Shown here piece after piece: positions 1 to 7,823 of a DNA stretch of 64,000 bases (its first letter is position 1; each line of letters opens with the position of its first letter). The stretch is from a bacterium. Its GTDB lineage: Bacteria; UBA8248. Where the stretch lies: positions 32,001 through 96,000 of the forward strand of contig CBDATS010000005.1 in assembly GCA_965200245.1 (NCBI GenBank), read 5' to 3'. Under the pieces are notes generated by a model. The model made no database searches. It worked only from the letters and a program-made list of their open reading frames with translations, and was not told where the DNA came from. Position numbers and translations under genes: made by a program.

Positions 1-1
1 G

Positions 2-169
2 AAAAACGGGGGCCGCGTTTCCCTCATCGGATTCGGAACGTTCTCCATTTCCAGGCGTGCAGCGCGCACGGGACGTAACCCGAAAACGGGAGAGGAAATC
101 TCGATCAAGGCAAGCAATACGCCCAAGTTCACCGCAGGAAAAAGCCTGAAGGACGCAGTGAACAGATAA
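2..169 (+). CDS. hup: HU family DNA-binding protein (5' truncated by window edge)
   Basis: Hand translation: [55 protein letters not shown], with the HU/IHF GFGTF and GRNPKTGE motifs. Confidence 0.92.
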   Translation, partial: KNGGRVSLIGFGTFSISRRAARTGRNPKTGEEISIKASNTPKFTAGKSLKDAVNR

Positions 170-491
170 ACGCAAGTCTTCGGTAGGGCTGTATTTCAGG
201 GTTATTCGATTTTCTATCATCAAATCGTTTGGGAATTACATCCTTAATTCCGCAAGTCCGGACACCTGAATTCTGGAAGAACGTAACCTCCGGCCGCCGG
301 TTTCCCGGGACAGCGGAGAACATGCGGACGGGCTTCCGGGAGGAAGCCTGGTCCTCACCGGAAAAACGTCAATAAATTTCCTGCTTTCCCGTCGGAATAT
401 CCCATAACCTGTTCATGATGACGGTGCAAAAAAAAACGAAAGCATCGGGGGTATCCACTCATGCTCATTTCCTCATGGAAAGGAGACCAGA

Positions 492-761
492 ATGAAATCC
501 GTCACCGAGATGCGCGAGCACCTGATCGAGAAGGCAGGCGACAGTGAGGAGTTCCGCGCCCGTCTGATTTCTGAACCGAAGGCCGTGATATCGGAGGAGT
601 TCGGGGTAACGATGCCGGAGAATTTCAACCTGCATGTGATGGAAGACGACGCCGAGAACAGCTATCTCGTCCTTCCGCCTCCGTCCCGGCTCACCGAGGA
701 GCAACTGGAAGCCGCTCAAGGCGCATATCACATTGATGGTAGAGGTAATATCCACACATAG
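492..761 (+). CDS. NHLP (nitrile hydratase-like leader peptide) RiPP precursor
   Basis: LIEKA..SEEFRARLISEPKAVI, LHVMED, YLVLPP and LTEEQLEAAQGA cleavage-type motif; strong SD AAGGAG upstream; predicted core YHIDGRGNIHT. Confidence 0.88.
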   Translation: MKSVTEMREHLIEKAGDSEEFRARLISEPKAVISEEFGVTMPENFNLHVMEDDAENSYLVLPPPSRLTEEQLEAAQGAYHIDGRGNIHT

Positions 762-888
762 GACAATCACACGAGGGGACCAGCCCCCTCTGCAAGGCTG
801 GATCCTGTCCTTCGCAGTCGTGAGTGAACGCAAAGAACCGGGCGCTCATTGCATTTGTCGGGATTCAGCAATCAAAACGGCTTCGGCT

Positions 889-1977
889 TCAGGCGAGAAA
901 ACCCTTGAGCTTCGATAGGAAACGTGCGTTTTCGGCCTGGAGTCCGACGGTGACACGAATCCATTCGGGATGCCCGAAGGCACTGCCGGGCCGAACGATG
1001 ACACCCTCGCGCATCAGGGCGTCCATCGCCGCGTCGCCATCGTCCACGCGCACGAAGATGAAGTTGGCCTGGCTCTCAGCGAACTCAAGCCCCATCTCAC
1101 GGAACGCCTGATACAGCACTTCCCTTCCCTCCCGCACGAGAGCGACGGCGCGCTCCCTGTAGCCGTCGTCCTCGATCGCGGCGAGAGCCGCCGCCTGCGC
1201 GAGTTGATTCACGTTGAAGGGTTCGCGAACACGGTTCATGTACTCGACAACACCCTCGCGGCTAACGGCGAAACCCACGCGAAGGCCGGCCAGGCCGTAT
1301 ATCTTCGAGAAAGAACGCAGGACAACGAGCGGGAAGCGAGCGATCATGGAGATGCTGTCGGGATAGGCCGGATCGTCGGCGAAATCGCCGTAGGCCTCGT
1401 CCAGAAGTACGAGAAGCCCCCCGGGCAGTTTTTCGAGAAAGGACACAAGCGCATCTTCGGTCAAAATCCCGCCCGTGGGGTTGTTCGGCGAGCAAAGGAA
1501 AACGATTTTCGTTCGCGCAGTAATCCTGGCGAGAACGTCATCCAAATCGATTCGCATGTTGCGCAGGGGTGAGAAAACGACACTGGCACCCATCACCCGG
1601 CTCACGTGCGCATAGGGGCTGAAGGTAGGTTGGGGAATGACCACTTCGTCCCCGTCGTTGAGGAATGTCCTGCTCAGGACGGAGAGTACGTCGTCGCCTC
1701 CGTTCCCCATGAATATCATGGTCCCGCAGACGCCGAGTTTCTGTGCCAGGCGTTCCACCAGTGCCCTGGCCCCGCCGTCGGGATAGCGGTGCAGGCCATC
1801 GAGCGCACCGCGAATCGCATCCACGGCGCCAGGCGTCGGGCCGAGCGCGTTCTCGTTGCTGGCAAGCTTGACGACCCCGCTCAACCCGTATTCTGCGGCC
1901 ACCACCTCGATAGATCGCCCCGGAACATAAGCCTTCAGCGAGGAGACACCCTTTCTCAGCAACTCTTCCACATTCAA
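889..1977 (-). CDS. hisC: Histidinol-phosphate aminotransferase
   Basis: KLASNEN, RYPD, CSPNNPTG, DEAY, RSFSKIYGLAGLRVG motifs. Confidence 0.93.
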   Translation of the reverse strand: MNVEELLRKGVSSLKAYVPGRSIEVVAAEYGLSGVVKLASNENALGPTPGAVDAIRGALDGLHRYPDGGARALVERLAQKLGVCGTMIFMGNGGDDVLSVLSRTFLNDGDEVVIPQPTFSPYAHVSRVMGASVVFSPLRNMRIDLDDVLARITARTKIVFLCSPNNPTGGILTEDALVSFLEKLPGGLLVLLDEAYGDFADDPAYPDSISMIARFPLVVLRSFSKIYGLAGLRVGFAVSREGVVEYMNRVREPFNVNQLAQAAALAAIEDDGYRERAVALVREGREVLYQAFREMGLEFAESQANFIFVRVDDGDAAMDALMREGVIVRPGSAFGHPEWIRVTVGLQAENARFLSKLKGFLA

Positions 1978-2202
1978 TGCCCTATCCTCTCACTATCCTC
2001 GTCATCGTACTGAACTCCCCGAACGCCGACCATATAGACCAATCGAAGTGATTTGACCATACCAGATTATCAACATGGTGCGTCTTGACGTCCGGGAACC
2101 GGATTTCTTCATACGCCATCGCACCCGGAATGTCGATGCGTTGCCCTTGGTGAGGGGGACGGGATAGAATAGGCAGAACCCGCCGTCTAACGGAGGCTCA
2201 CC

Positions 2203-3051
2203 TTGAGCGATGCGATGCCGGACGCGAAACTGAAAAGACTCGAACGAACCCTGAAAGGGATGGGAAGCGTTCTGGTCGCCTTCTCCGCAGGCGTGGACAG
2301 CACATTCCTGGCCAAGGCGGCCCATGACGTCCTGGGAGCGAGGGCACTCGCCGTTACGGGGCGTTCCGTCACACTGGCGGCGTCCGAACTTGAGGAATCC
2401 AGCGTACTCGCTGCGCAAATCGGAATTCGCCACCTCATCGTGGACACCGACGAAATAGCGGACGAGTCGTTCGGGAACAATCCGCCGAACCGCTGTTATT
2501 TCTGCAAAAACGAACTCTATACCGTGTTGAACCGCGTAGCGGCGAGGGAAAACATGGCCGTCATCGTCGACGGCTCGAACTCGGATGACGTGGGTGACCA
2601 TCGCCCCGGAATGCAGGCGGCGCGGGAGTTGGGCGTGAGAAGCCCGCTCATGGAAGTGGGCATGACCAAAGAGGATATCCGCTCCCTCTCGCAATCATTC
2701 GGTCTCCCCACCTGGGACAAGCCTGCGCAGGCATGTCTCTCGAGTCGTTTCCCCTACGGAGACCGCATCACGCCCGGGAAGATCGCACAGGTGGAAAAGG
2801 CGGAAAGCGGCTTGAGGGAATTGGGCTTCCGGCAGTTGCGGGTGCGCCACCACGGCGATGTCGCCAGGATAGAGGTGCCGAAGAGCGATATCGCGCGGCT
2901 TGTGGATGAGGAAACCGCACGGCAGGTGATTACCTGCATGAAAGAGGCCGGTTTCACCTACGTGACCATTGACCTGGAAGGCTTCCGTTCGGGGAGCATG
3001 AACGAAGTGCTCAATACCGGACGTTCATCGGATCTCCTCATTCTCTCGTGA
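2203..3051 (+). CDS. larE: ATP-dependent sulfur transferase of nickel-pincer (NPN) cofactor synthesis, Fe-S type
   Basis: PP-loop SAGVDS, RCYFCK (CxxC), DHRPG, ACLSSRFPYG, LRVRHH; adjacent to larB and larC. Confidence 0.92.
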   Translation: MSDAMPDAKLKRLERTLKGMGSVLVAFSAGVDSTFLAKAAHDVLGARALAVTGRSVTLAASELEESSVLAAQIGIRHLIVDTDEIADESFGNNPPNRCYFCKNELYTVLNRVAARENMAVIVDGSNSDDVGDHRPGMQAARELGVRSPLMEVGMTKEDIRSLSQSFGLPTWDKPAQACLSSRFPYGDRITPGKIAQVEKAESGLRELGFRQLRVRHHGDVARIEVPKSDIARLVDEETARQVITCMKEAGFTYVTIDLEGFRSGSMNEVLNTGRSSDLLILS

Positions 3052-3806
3052 ATCCCGACTTCATTCTCGAACTGCTTGAAAAGGTGAAAGAGGGCCGCCT
3101 TGCGCCGGATGAGGCCGTCATGTGTCTTCGGGACCTGCCCTTCGAGAATTTGGGACACACGCGGGTGGATCATCACCGCGCGCTGAGGAACGGTTTTCCC
3201 GAAGTCGTCTACGGAGCGGGAAAGACAAAGGAACAAGTCGTCGAGATCGCCAAAAGCCTGATGGCGAAAGGGCAGACTGTCATGGTCACGCACGCGGACA
3301 CAGAACAGGCCGAAGCCCTGCGTGAACTCTCTCCCCGCACGAATCACCACGAAACTGCGAGGATCGTGGAGATCCCCTGCCAGAACCCGCCCCCTGCGGT
3401 CGGGTGCGTCGCTGTCGTTTGCGCGGGCACATCCGACCTGCCCGTGGCCGAGGAGGCGGCGGTGACCGCACGCATTCTGGGTTCGGATGTAACGCGCGTC
3501 TACGACGTGGGAGTGGCTGGCCTGCATCGCCTGCTGGCGGAAGTCGAGACCCTGCGCGGGGCGAACGTCATCATCGCCGTGGCGGGTATGGAAGGTGCCT
3601 TGCCGTCCGTGGTCACCGGTCTGGTGGCGTGCCCCGTTATCGCGGTGCCCACCTCGGTAGGTTACGGCGCGAATCTGGGCGGACTGACAGCGCTTTTCGC
3701 CATGTTGAACTCCTGTGCCTCGGGGCTTAGCGTGGTGAACATCGACAACGGCTTCGGTGCTGCCTATCAGGCCCACCTGATCAACAGGCAAACGGCTAGC
3801 TCATGA
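3048..3806 (+). CDS. larB: NPN cofactor carboxylase/hydrolase (PurE-like)
   Basis: AGTSDLPVAEEA, DVGVAGLHRL, AGMEGAL, VPTSVGYG, VVNIDNG. Confidence 0.95.
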   Translation: MNPDFILELLEKVKEGRLAPDEAVMCLRDLPFENLGHTRVDHHRALRNGFPEVVYGAGKTKEQVVEIAKSLMAKGQTVMVTHADTEQAEALRELSPRTNHHETARIVEIPCQNPPPAVGCVAVVCAGTSDLPVAEEAAVTARILGSDVTRVYDVGVAGLHRLLAEVETLRGANVIIAVAGMEGALPSVVTGLVACPVIAVPTSVGYGANLGGLTALFAMLNSCASGLSVVNIDNGFGAAYQAHLINRQTASS

Positions 3807-5038
3807 AGACGATCTATTTCGACTGTTTTGCGGGCGCAGCGGGGGACATGCTCGTGGGCGCCTTGCTGGATTTGGGGCTCGAACTCACAGCCCTTGAGGA
3901 CGAGCTCGCAAAACTGGGGATCGAAGGCTATTCCCTGTCGAACAACAGCATATTAAAACAGGGAGTTACGTCAAGTAATTTCAGGTTGAACATTACCCGG
4001 AATCCGCACCATCATCACGAGGGAGAAGACGTCCACGGCGCGCATCATCACGGCCGTTCCTGCAATCAGATTCGGGAAATACTCGAAAAAACGCCGTTTG
4101 CCGAGACACCCAGGAACCGAGCCATTGCCGCGTTCCATCGACTAGGCGTCGTCGAGGCAGGGATCCACGGCGTTTCGATCGACGACATCCATTTCCACGA
4201 AGTCGGAGCGATAGATTCCATAATTGACGTTACGGGTTATTTTCTGGGTCTTCACATGCTGGGCGTCCAGCGGGTGGCGGCCTCTCCCCTGCCCGTGGGG
4301 AGCGGATTCGTGAAGTGCGCACACGGGCGGATGCCTGTACCCGCGCCCGCGACCGCCAGGCTGCTCGAAGGCGTACCTGTGGCGCAAAGCAGTCTGGAGG
4401 GCGAGATTCTCACGCCCACGGGGGCCTTGTTGCTCGTCGAGAGCGCGGAATTTTTCGGTCCCATGCCCGACATGACCATCGTACGGGTGGGCTACGGCGC
4501 GGGCGACAGAGACCTGCCGGACACCCCCAACGTGGTCCGTGCCTTCCTTGGGGAGAGCAAGACGAGCGCAGAAAGCGATGCGACGCCCTCCACCATCGCC
4601 GTGCTTGAAGCGAACATCGACGACATGAGTCCCGAACTCTTCCCGCACGTGATCGAAGGGGCACTCAAGGCGGGCGCGCTCGATGCGTTCTCCGTTCCCG
4701 TGACAGGCAAAAAGGGAAGGCCCGGGCAGTTGCTCACGATTCTGTGCCCCCCGGCGAAACAGGACGCCCTTACCCGTTTCCTCTTCCGCGAAACCTCGAC
4801 CCTGGGCATACGCCGTTACACAACGGAACGAGCTGTCGCCAGTCGTGAGTGGATGGATGTCGACCTCCCCTGGGGTCGGGTGCGCGTCAAGAGGGGAATT
4901 TTCGAGGGCGCGCTCACGAACCTCGCGCCCGAATACGAAGATTGCAGGCGGCTTGCGGAAGGGAGCGGGGTTCCGCTCAAGGTGGTGATCGAGGCAGCTC
5001 TCGCACGCGCCAGAGAAATGCCGGAAAATCGCCCATGA
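3803..5038 (+). CDS. larC: NPN nickel insertase
   Basis: DCFAGAAGDM, His-rich insert, IHFHEVGAIDSI, TPTGA, EANIDD, PEYED. Confidence 0.95.
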   Translation: MKTIYFDCFAGAAGDMLVGALLDLGLELTALEDELAKLGIEGYSLSNNSILKQGVTSSNFRLNITRNPHHHHEGEDVHGAHHHGRSCNQIREILEKTPFAETPRNRAIAAFHRLGVVEAGIHGVSIDDIHFHEVGAIDSIIDVTGYFLGLHMLGVQRVAASPLPVGSGFVKCAHGRMPVPAPATARLLEGVPVAQSSLEGEILTPTGALLLVESAEFFGPMPDMTIVRVGYGAGDRDLPDTPNVVRAFLGESKTSAESDATPSTIAVLEANIDDMSPELFPHVIEGALKAGALDAFSVPVTGKKGRPGQLLTILCPPAKQDALTRFLFRETSTLGIRRYTTERAVASREWMDVDLPWGRVRVKRGIFEGALTNLAPEYEDCRRLAEGSGVPLKVVIEAALARAREMPENRP

Positions 5039-5277
5039 AGATACGCCTGAAATTGTTCGCGGATTTCGCGGAGAAGATGCCGCCCGAACAGGACGGGGAT
5101 GGCGTGGCCGAAATCACGCTGCCAGAAGGCACCAATATCTACGATGTCCTCGACCGCTTCGAGATACCATATGAGGAGGCTTATATCGTATTGCTCGATG
5201 GGCGGCACGCGAAGAAATCGGTGGTGATACCCGAAGGCTCGGAACTTTGCGTGTTCCCGCCCATCGTGGGCGGGTGA
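5035..5277 (+). CDS. MoaD/ThiS-family ubiquitin-like sulfur carrier (80 aa)
   Basis: MKIRLKLFA...VFPPIVGG* with C-terminal GG; ATG overlaps the larC stop (ATGA). Confidence 0.9.
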   Translation: MKIRLKLFADFAEKMPPEQDGDGVAEITLPEGTNIYDVLDRFEIPYEEAYIVLLDGRHAKKSVVIPEGSELCVFPPIVGG

Positions 5278-5423
5278 GAATGTTTCCCCTTTCCCTGGAC
5301 AGCCGTTCCCGGAAGGGGTCGCTTGCGAACGAACCCTGTGAAAATGGCGAAGAACCAAGCTTAAATACAGTTACGACAATAAATAAGAAAAAATTCTCTA
5401 AGTAATTGATATTATTTCATATA

Positions 5424-5882
5424 CTATCCTTTTTCCCTGCGTTCCACCATGATGGTGACGTCACCCTCGTGGATACGCTCACCACGCTGGTTCAAGAGCG
5501 CAAGGGCTAGTGTCACAATACCCTTCCCCTTGCTGGAAATACGCCTTGATTTCACGACGACCTCGCCTGATAACGTATCTCCGATGCGAATCGGACCGCG
5601 AAAACGCCATTCCACGCCCAGAAACGCCTCGACCGTGCCTTCGACGATGCCAAGCCTCGTCACCAGACCCATGAGGAAGGAAAGGCCGAGCAACCCGTGG
5701 GCCACCCTTTCCCCGAAAGGGGTTTTTGCCGCCGCCTCGGCGTCGGTGTGCAGGTAGGTGTAATCGCCCGTCAGGGCGGAGAAGGCGTTGACGTCTGATT
5801 CCCCGATCGTGCGGGCGGCAGTCTTCCACGCCCTTCCCTCTTCGAATTCCTCATAAAACAGGCCCGTCGCCACGTATTCCAA
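5424..5882 (-). CDS. MaoC-family (hotdog fold) dehydratase
   Basis: FSALTGD..LHTD...FGERVAHG hydratase motif. Confidence 0.88.
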   Translation of the reverse strand: MEYVATGLFYEEFEEGRAWKTAARTIGESDVNAFSALTGDYTYLHTDAEAAAKTPFGERVAHGLLGLSFLMGLVTRLGIVEGTVEAFLGVEWRFRGPIRIGDTLSGEVVVKSRRISSKGKGIVTLALALLNQRGERIHEGDVTIMVERREKG

Positions 5883-5892
5883 GACTGATTCC

Positions 5893-6732
5893 TCAATTCA
5901 AAAGAAAACGGAAAGTGATTTCGCCCCATTGTTCGTCATCGTCGGCGCCCGGGTGAAGCGGACTGAAGCGCCAGCGCTTCAGATGGTTCGAAGCCAGACC
6001 TTCGAGATATGCGCTCGCCTTTCGGGTCGGAATCACACGGCCCACGGTGCCGTCGGGCAACACCCAGAACCTGAGCACAATTTCGGTCGTGCCTTCAAGC
6101 CTCTCAGGCCTGGGAGGTTTCGGTCGGAAGAGAATTCTCCGCCTCGCCGCCGGTCCGGCAATGTTTTTCCGCCTCTTCCGTTCGGCCATACGGGGAACAT
6201 GCAGGCGCGACAGCTGCTCCAGCATCTTGCGGTCCATTTCGGAACCCGGCAGCGCCACCTTCCTTTTGCGCTTCAAACCCCTGGACTCCCCGACCCTTTC
6301 GTCTATCGGTAAAACGATATCGTCCACGCCCATGCCCGCATCGGAAATGTTGATTGGTGCGATTTCACCGGGTGCGAGCACCGGTTTCGGCATATCCAGT
6401 GCAGGGGCTTCGGGCAGCGGTGCGCTCTCGGGCAACGCTCCCGAAGCGGGTACTTCAGGTTTCGTATTCGCATCGAAGTTCAAGTCCCGCTCTGCGGCGG
6501 CTTCTTTCGGGAGCATATGGCTCAAATCCGGCGGATCCGGCAGGGGAACCTCGGGCAATACCTTTGGCAGCAGCGCTTCCGGTATGGGAACTTCGCGGCG
6601 CACGAGAGCCACTTCCATTCTTTCGGGTTGTTTGGCGAATATTGTCGGCAATTTGATGGTGGGGCTGAGCAGAATCAATCCGGCATGAAGAGAGACGGAA
6701 ATCAAAATTGTCAGGATGAGTGAAAAACTCAT
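5893..6732 (-). CDS. TonB-family energy transducer
   Basis: N-terminal TM with S-x-x-L-H motif, Pro-rich linker, C-terminal LRFWVLPDGTV...WRFSP; follows exbB/exbD. Confidence 0.8.
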   Translation of the reverse strand: MSFSLILTILISVSLHAGLILLSPTIKLPTIFAKQPERMEVALVRREVPIPEALLPKVLPEVPLPDPPDLSHMLPKEAAAERDLNFDANTKPEVPASGALPESAPLPEAPALDMPKPVLAPGEIAPINISDAGMGVDDIVLPIDERVGESRGLKRKRKVALPGSEMDRKMLEQLSRLHVPRMAERKRRKNIAGPAARRRILFRPKPPRPERLEGTTEIVLRFWVLPDGTVGRVIPTRKASAYLEGLASNHLKRWRFSPLHPGADDDEQWGEITFRFLLN

Positions 6733-6756
6733 GGTGTTCGAACCGGCCTCCCGGGG

Positions 6757-7182
6757 CTATTTCGTCGCTTTTTTCTGCACCCGTTTCGTCGGCGCCGTCG
6801 CAATCGACATGCGCACGGCGCCCGCCTGTCTGGCAATATCCATGACCTGCACCACCATCCCGTGCGGCACGCCCTTGTCGGCCCGGATGATGATCATGCC
6901 CTCCCGCTGCACCTTCAACTCCTCTATCAACCGGCCCCAAAGGGATTTCAGCGGTACCTGGTCATTGTTCAGGAACACCCGTTCATCACGCGCGATGATG
7001 AGGATCAAATCCTTGCGGACAGGATGTTCCTGCGTGACGGTGCGCGGCAAATCCACCTTCACACCTGGCTGGAGAACGAACGAAGAGCTCAGGACGAAAA
7101 ACAGAAGCAGCAGGAAAATGATGTCAATCATGGCCGTCATTCCGGGTTCGGCCCTGACACGCCTGATGTCTCGAAATTTCAT
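6757..7182 (-). CDS. exbD: ExbD/TolR family protein
   Basis: MIDIIFLLLLFF TM with conserved Asp, VDLP, IRADKGV..G.VVQVMD. Confidence 0.9.
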   Translation of the reverse strand: MKFRDIRRVRAEPGMTAMIDIIFLLLLFFVLSSSFVLQPGVKVDLPRTVTQEHPVRKDLILIIARDERVFLNNDQVPLKSLWGRLIEELKVQREGMIIIRADKGVPHGMVVQVMDIARQAGAVRMSIATAPTKRVQKKATK

Positions 7183-7189
7183 CGCTTCC

Positions 7190-7792
7190 TCAGCGCTTCA
7201 GTGTCTCTACGATCCGGTAGGAATGTTTCTCGATTTCCAGGATAAGGCGATCCGCCTTGTTGGTGAAATAGTTGTAGAAAATGAGCGTGGGGATGGCAAT
7301 GACGAGCCCGGTCGCCGTCGTGATAAGCGCTTCATAGATGCCACCCGCGAGCTGGCTGGGGTGCGCAATCCCCTTCTCGCTGATGATGGCAAAGGTTTGA
7401 ATCATGCCGAAAACCGTGCCCGTCAGTCCCAACAGGGGCGATATGGCGGCGATCGTCCCGAGAGCACCCAGATTCCTGTCAAGTGTGGTGACCTCCTGCC
7501 TGCCCGCATCCTCCACGATGGAGCGGAGTTCTTCACGGTCCCTGTCATGATTCGAAATCGTAAGGAGCAGAATTCTGCTCATCACGGACGGGTAGCGTCG
7601 ACAGAGGGTCATGGCGTCGGACACCTGGTTTTCCGAGACAAGATCTCTCACTTGCTGCAAAATGTCGAGTTGAATGATTTTCTTGGTTCTCAGGTTCAGC
7701 GTTCGTTCCAGGATGATGGCCACGGACAAGATGGAGCAAATGCCCAATGGAATCATCAACACCCCGCCTTTGGCCAGAAATTCGAACATCAA
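7190..7792 (-). CDS. exbB: ExbB/TolQ/MotA proton channel family protein
   Basis: SPLLGLTGTVFGMI and GIYEALITTATGL motifs. Confidence 0.9.
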   Translation of the reverse strand: MMFEFLAKGGVLMIPLGICSILSVAIILERTLNLRTKKIIQLDILQQVRDLVSENQVSDAMTLCRRYPSVMSRILLLTISNHDRDREELRSIVEDAGRQEVTTLDRNLGALGTIAAISPLLGLTGTVFGMIQTFAIISEKGIAHPSQLAGGIYEALITTATGLVIAIPTLIFYNYFTNKADRLILEIEKHSYRIVETLKR

Positions 7793-7823
7793 TACGCACC
7801 TTTACATAAATGGGATTCGACTG

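Noticed and set aside
428-436. A9 tract upstream of the NHLP gene as a phase-variable promoter element
   Set aside because: I could not place convincing -35 and -10 boxes around it, and one sequence cannot show length variation.
3803-5038. Programmed frameshift in larC as in L. plantarum
   Set aside because: The ORF is continuous, with both LarC domains in one frame.
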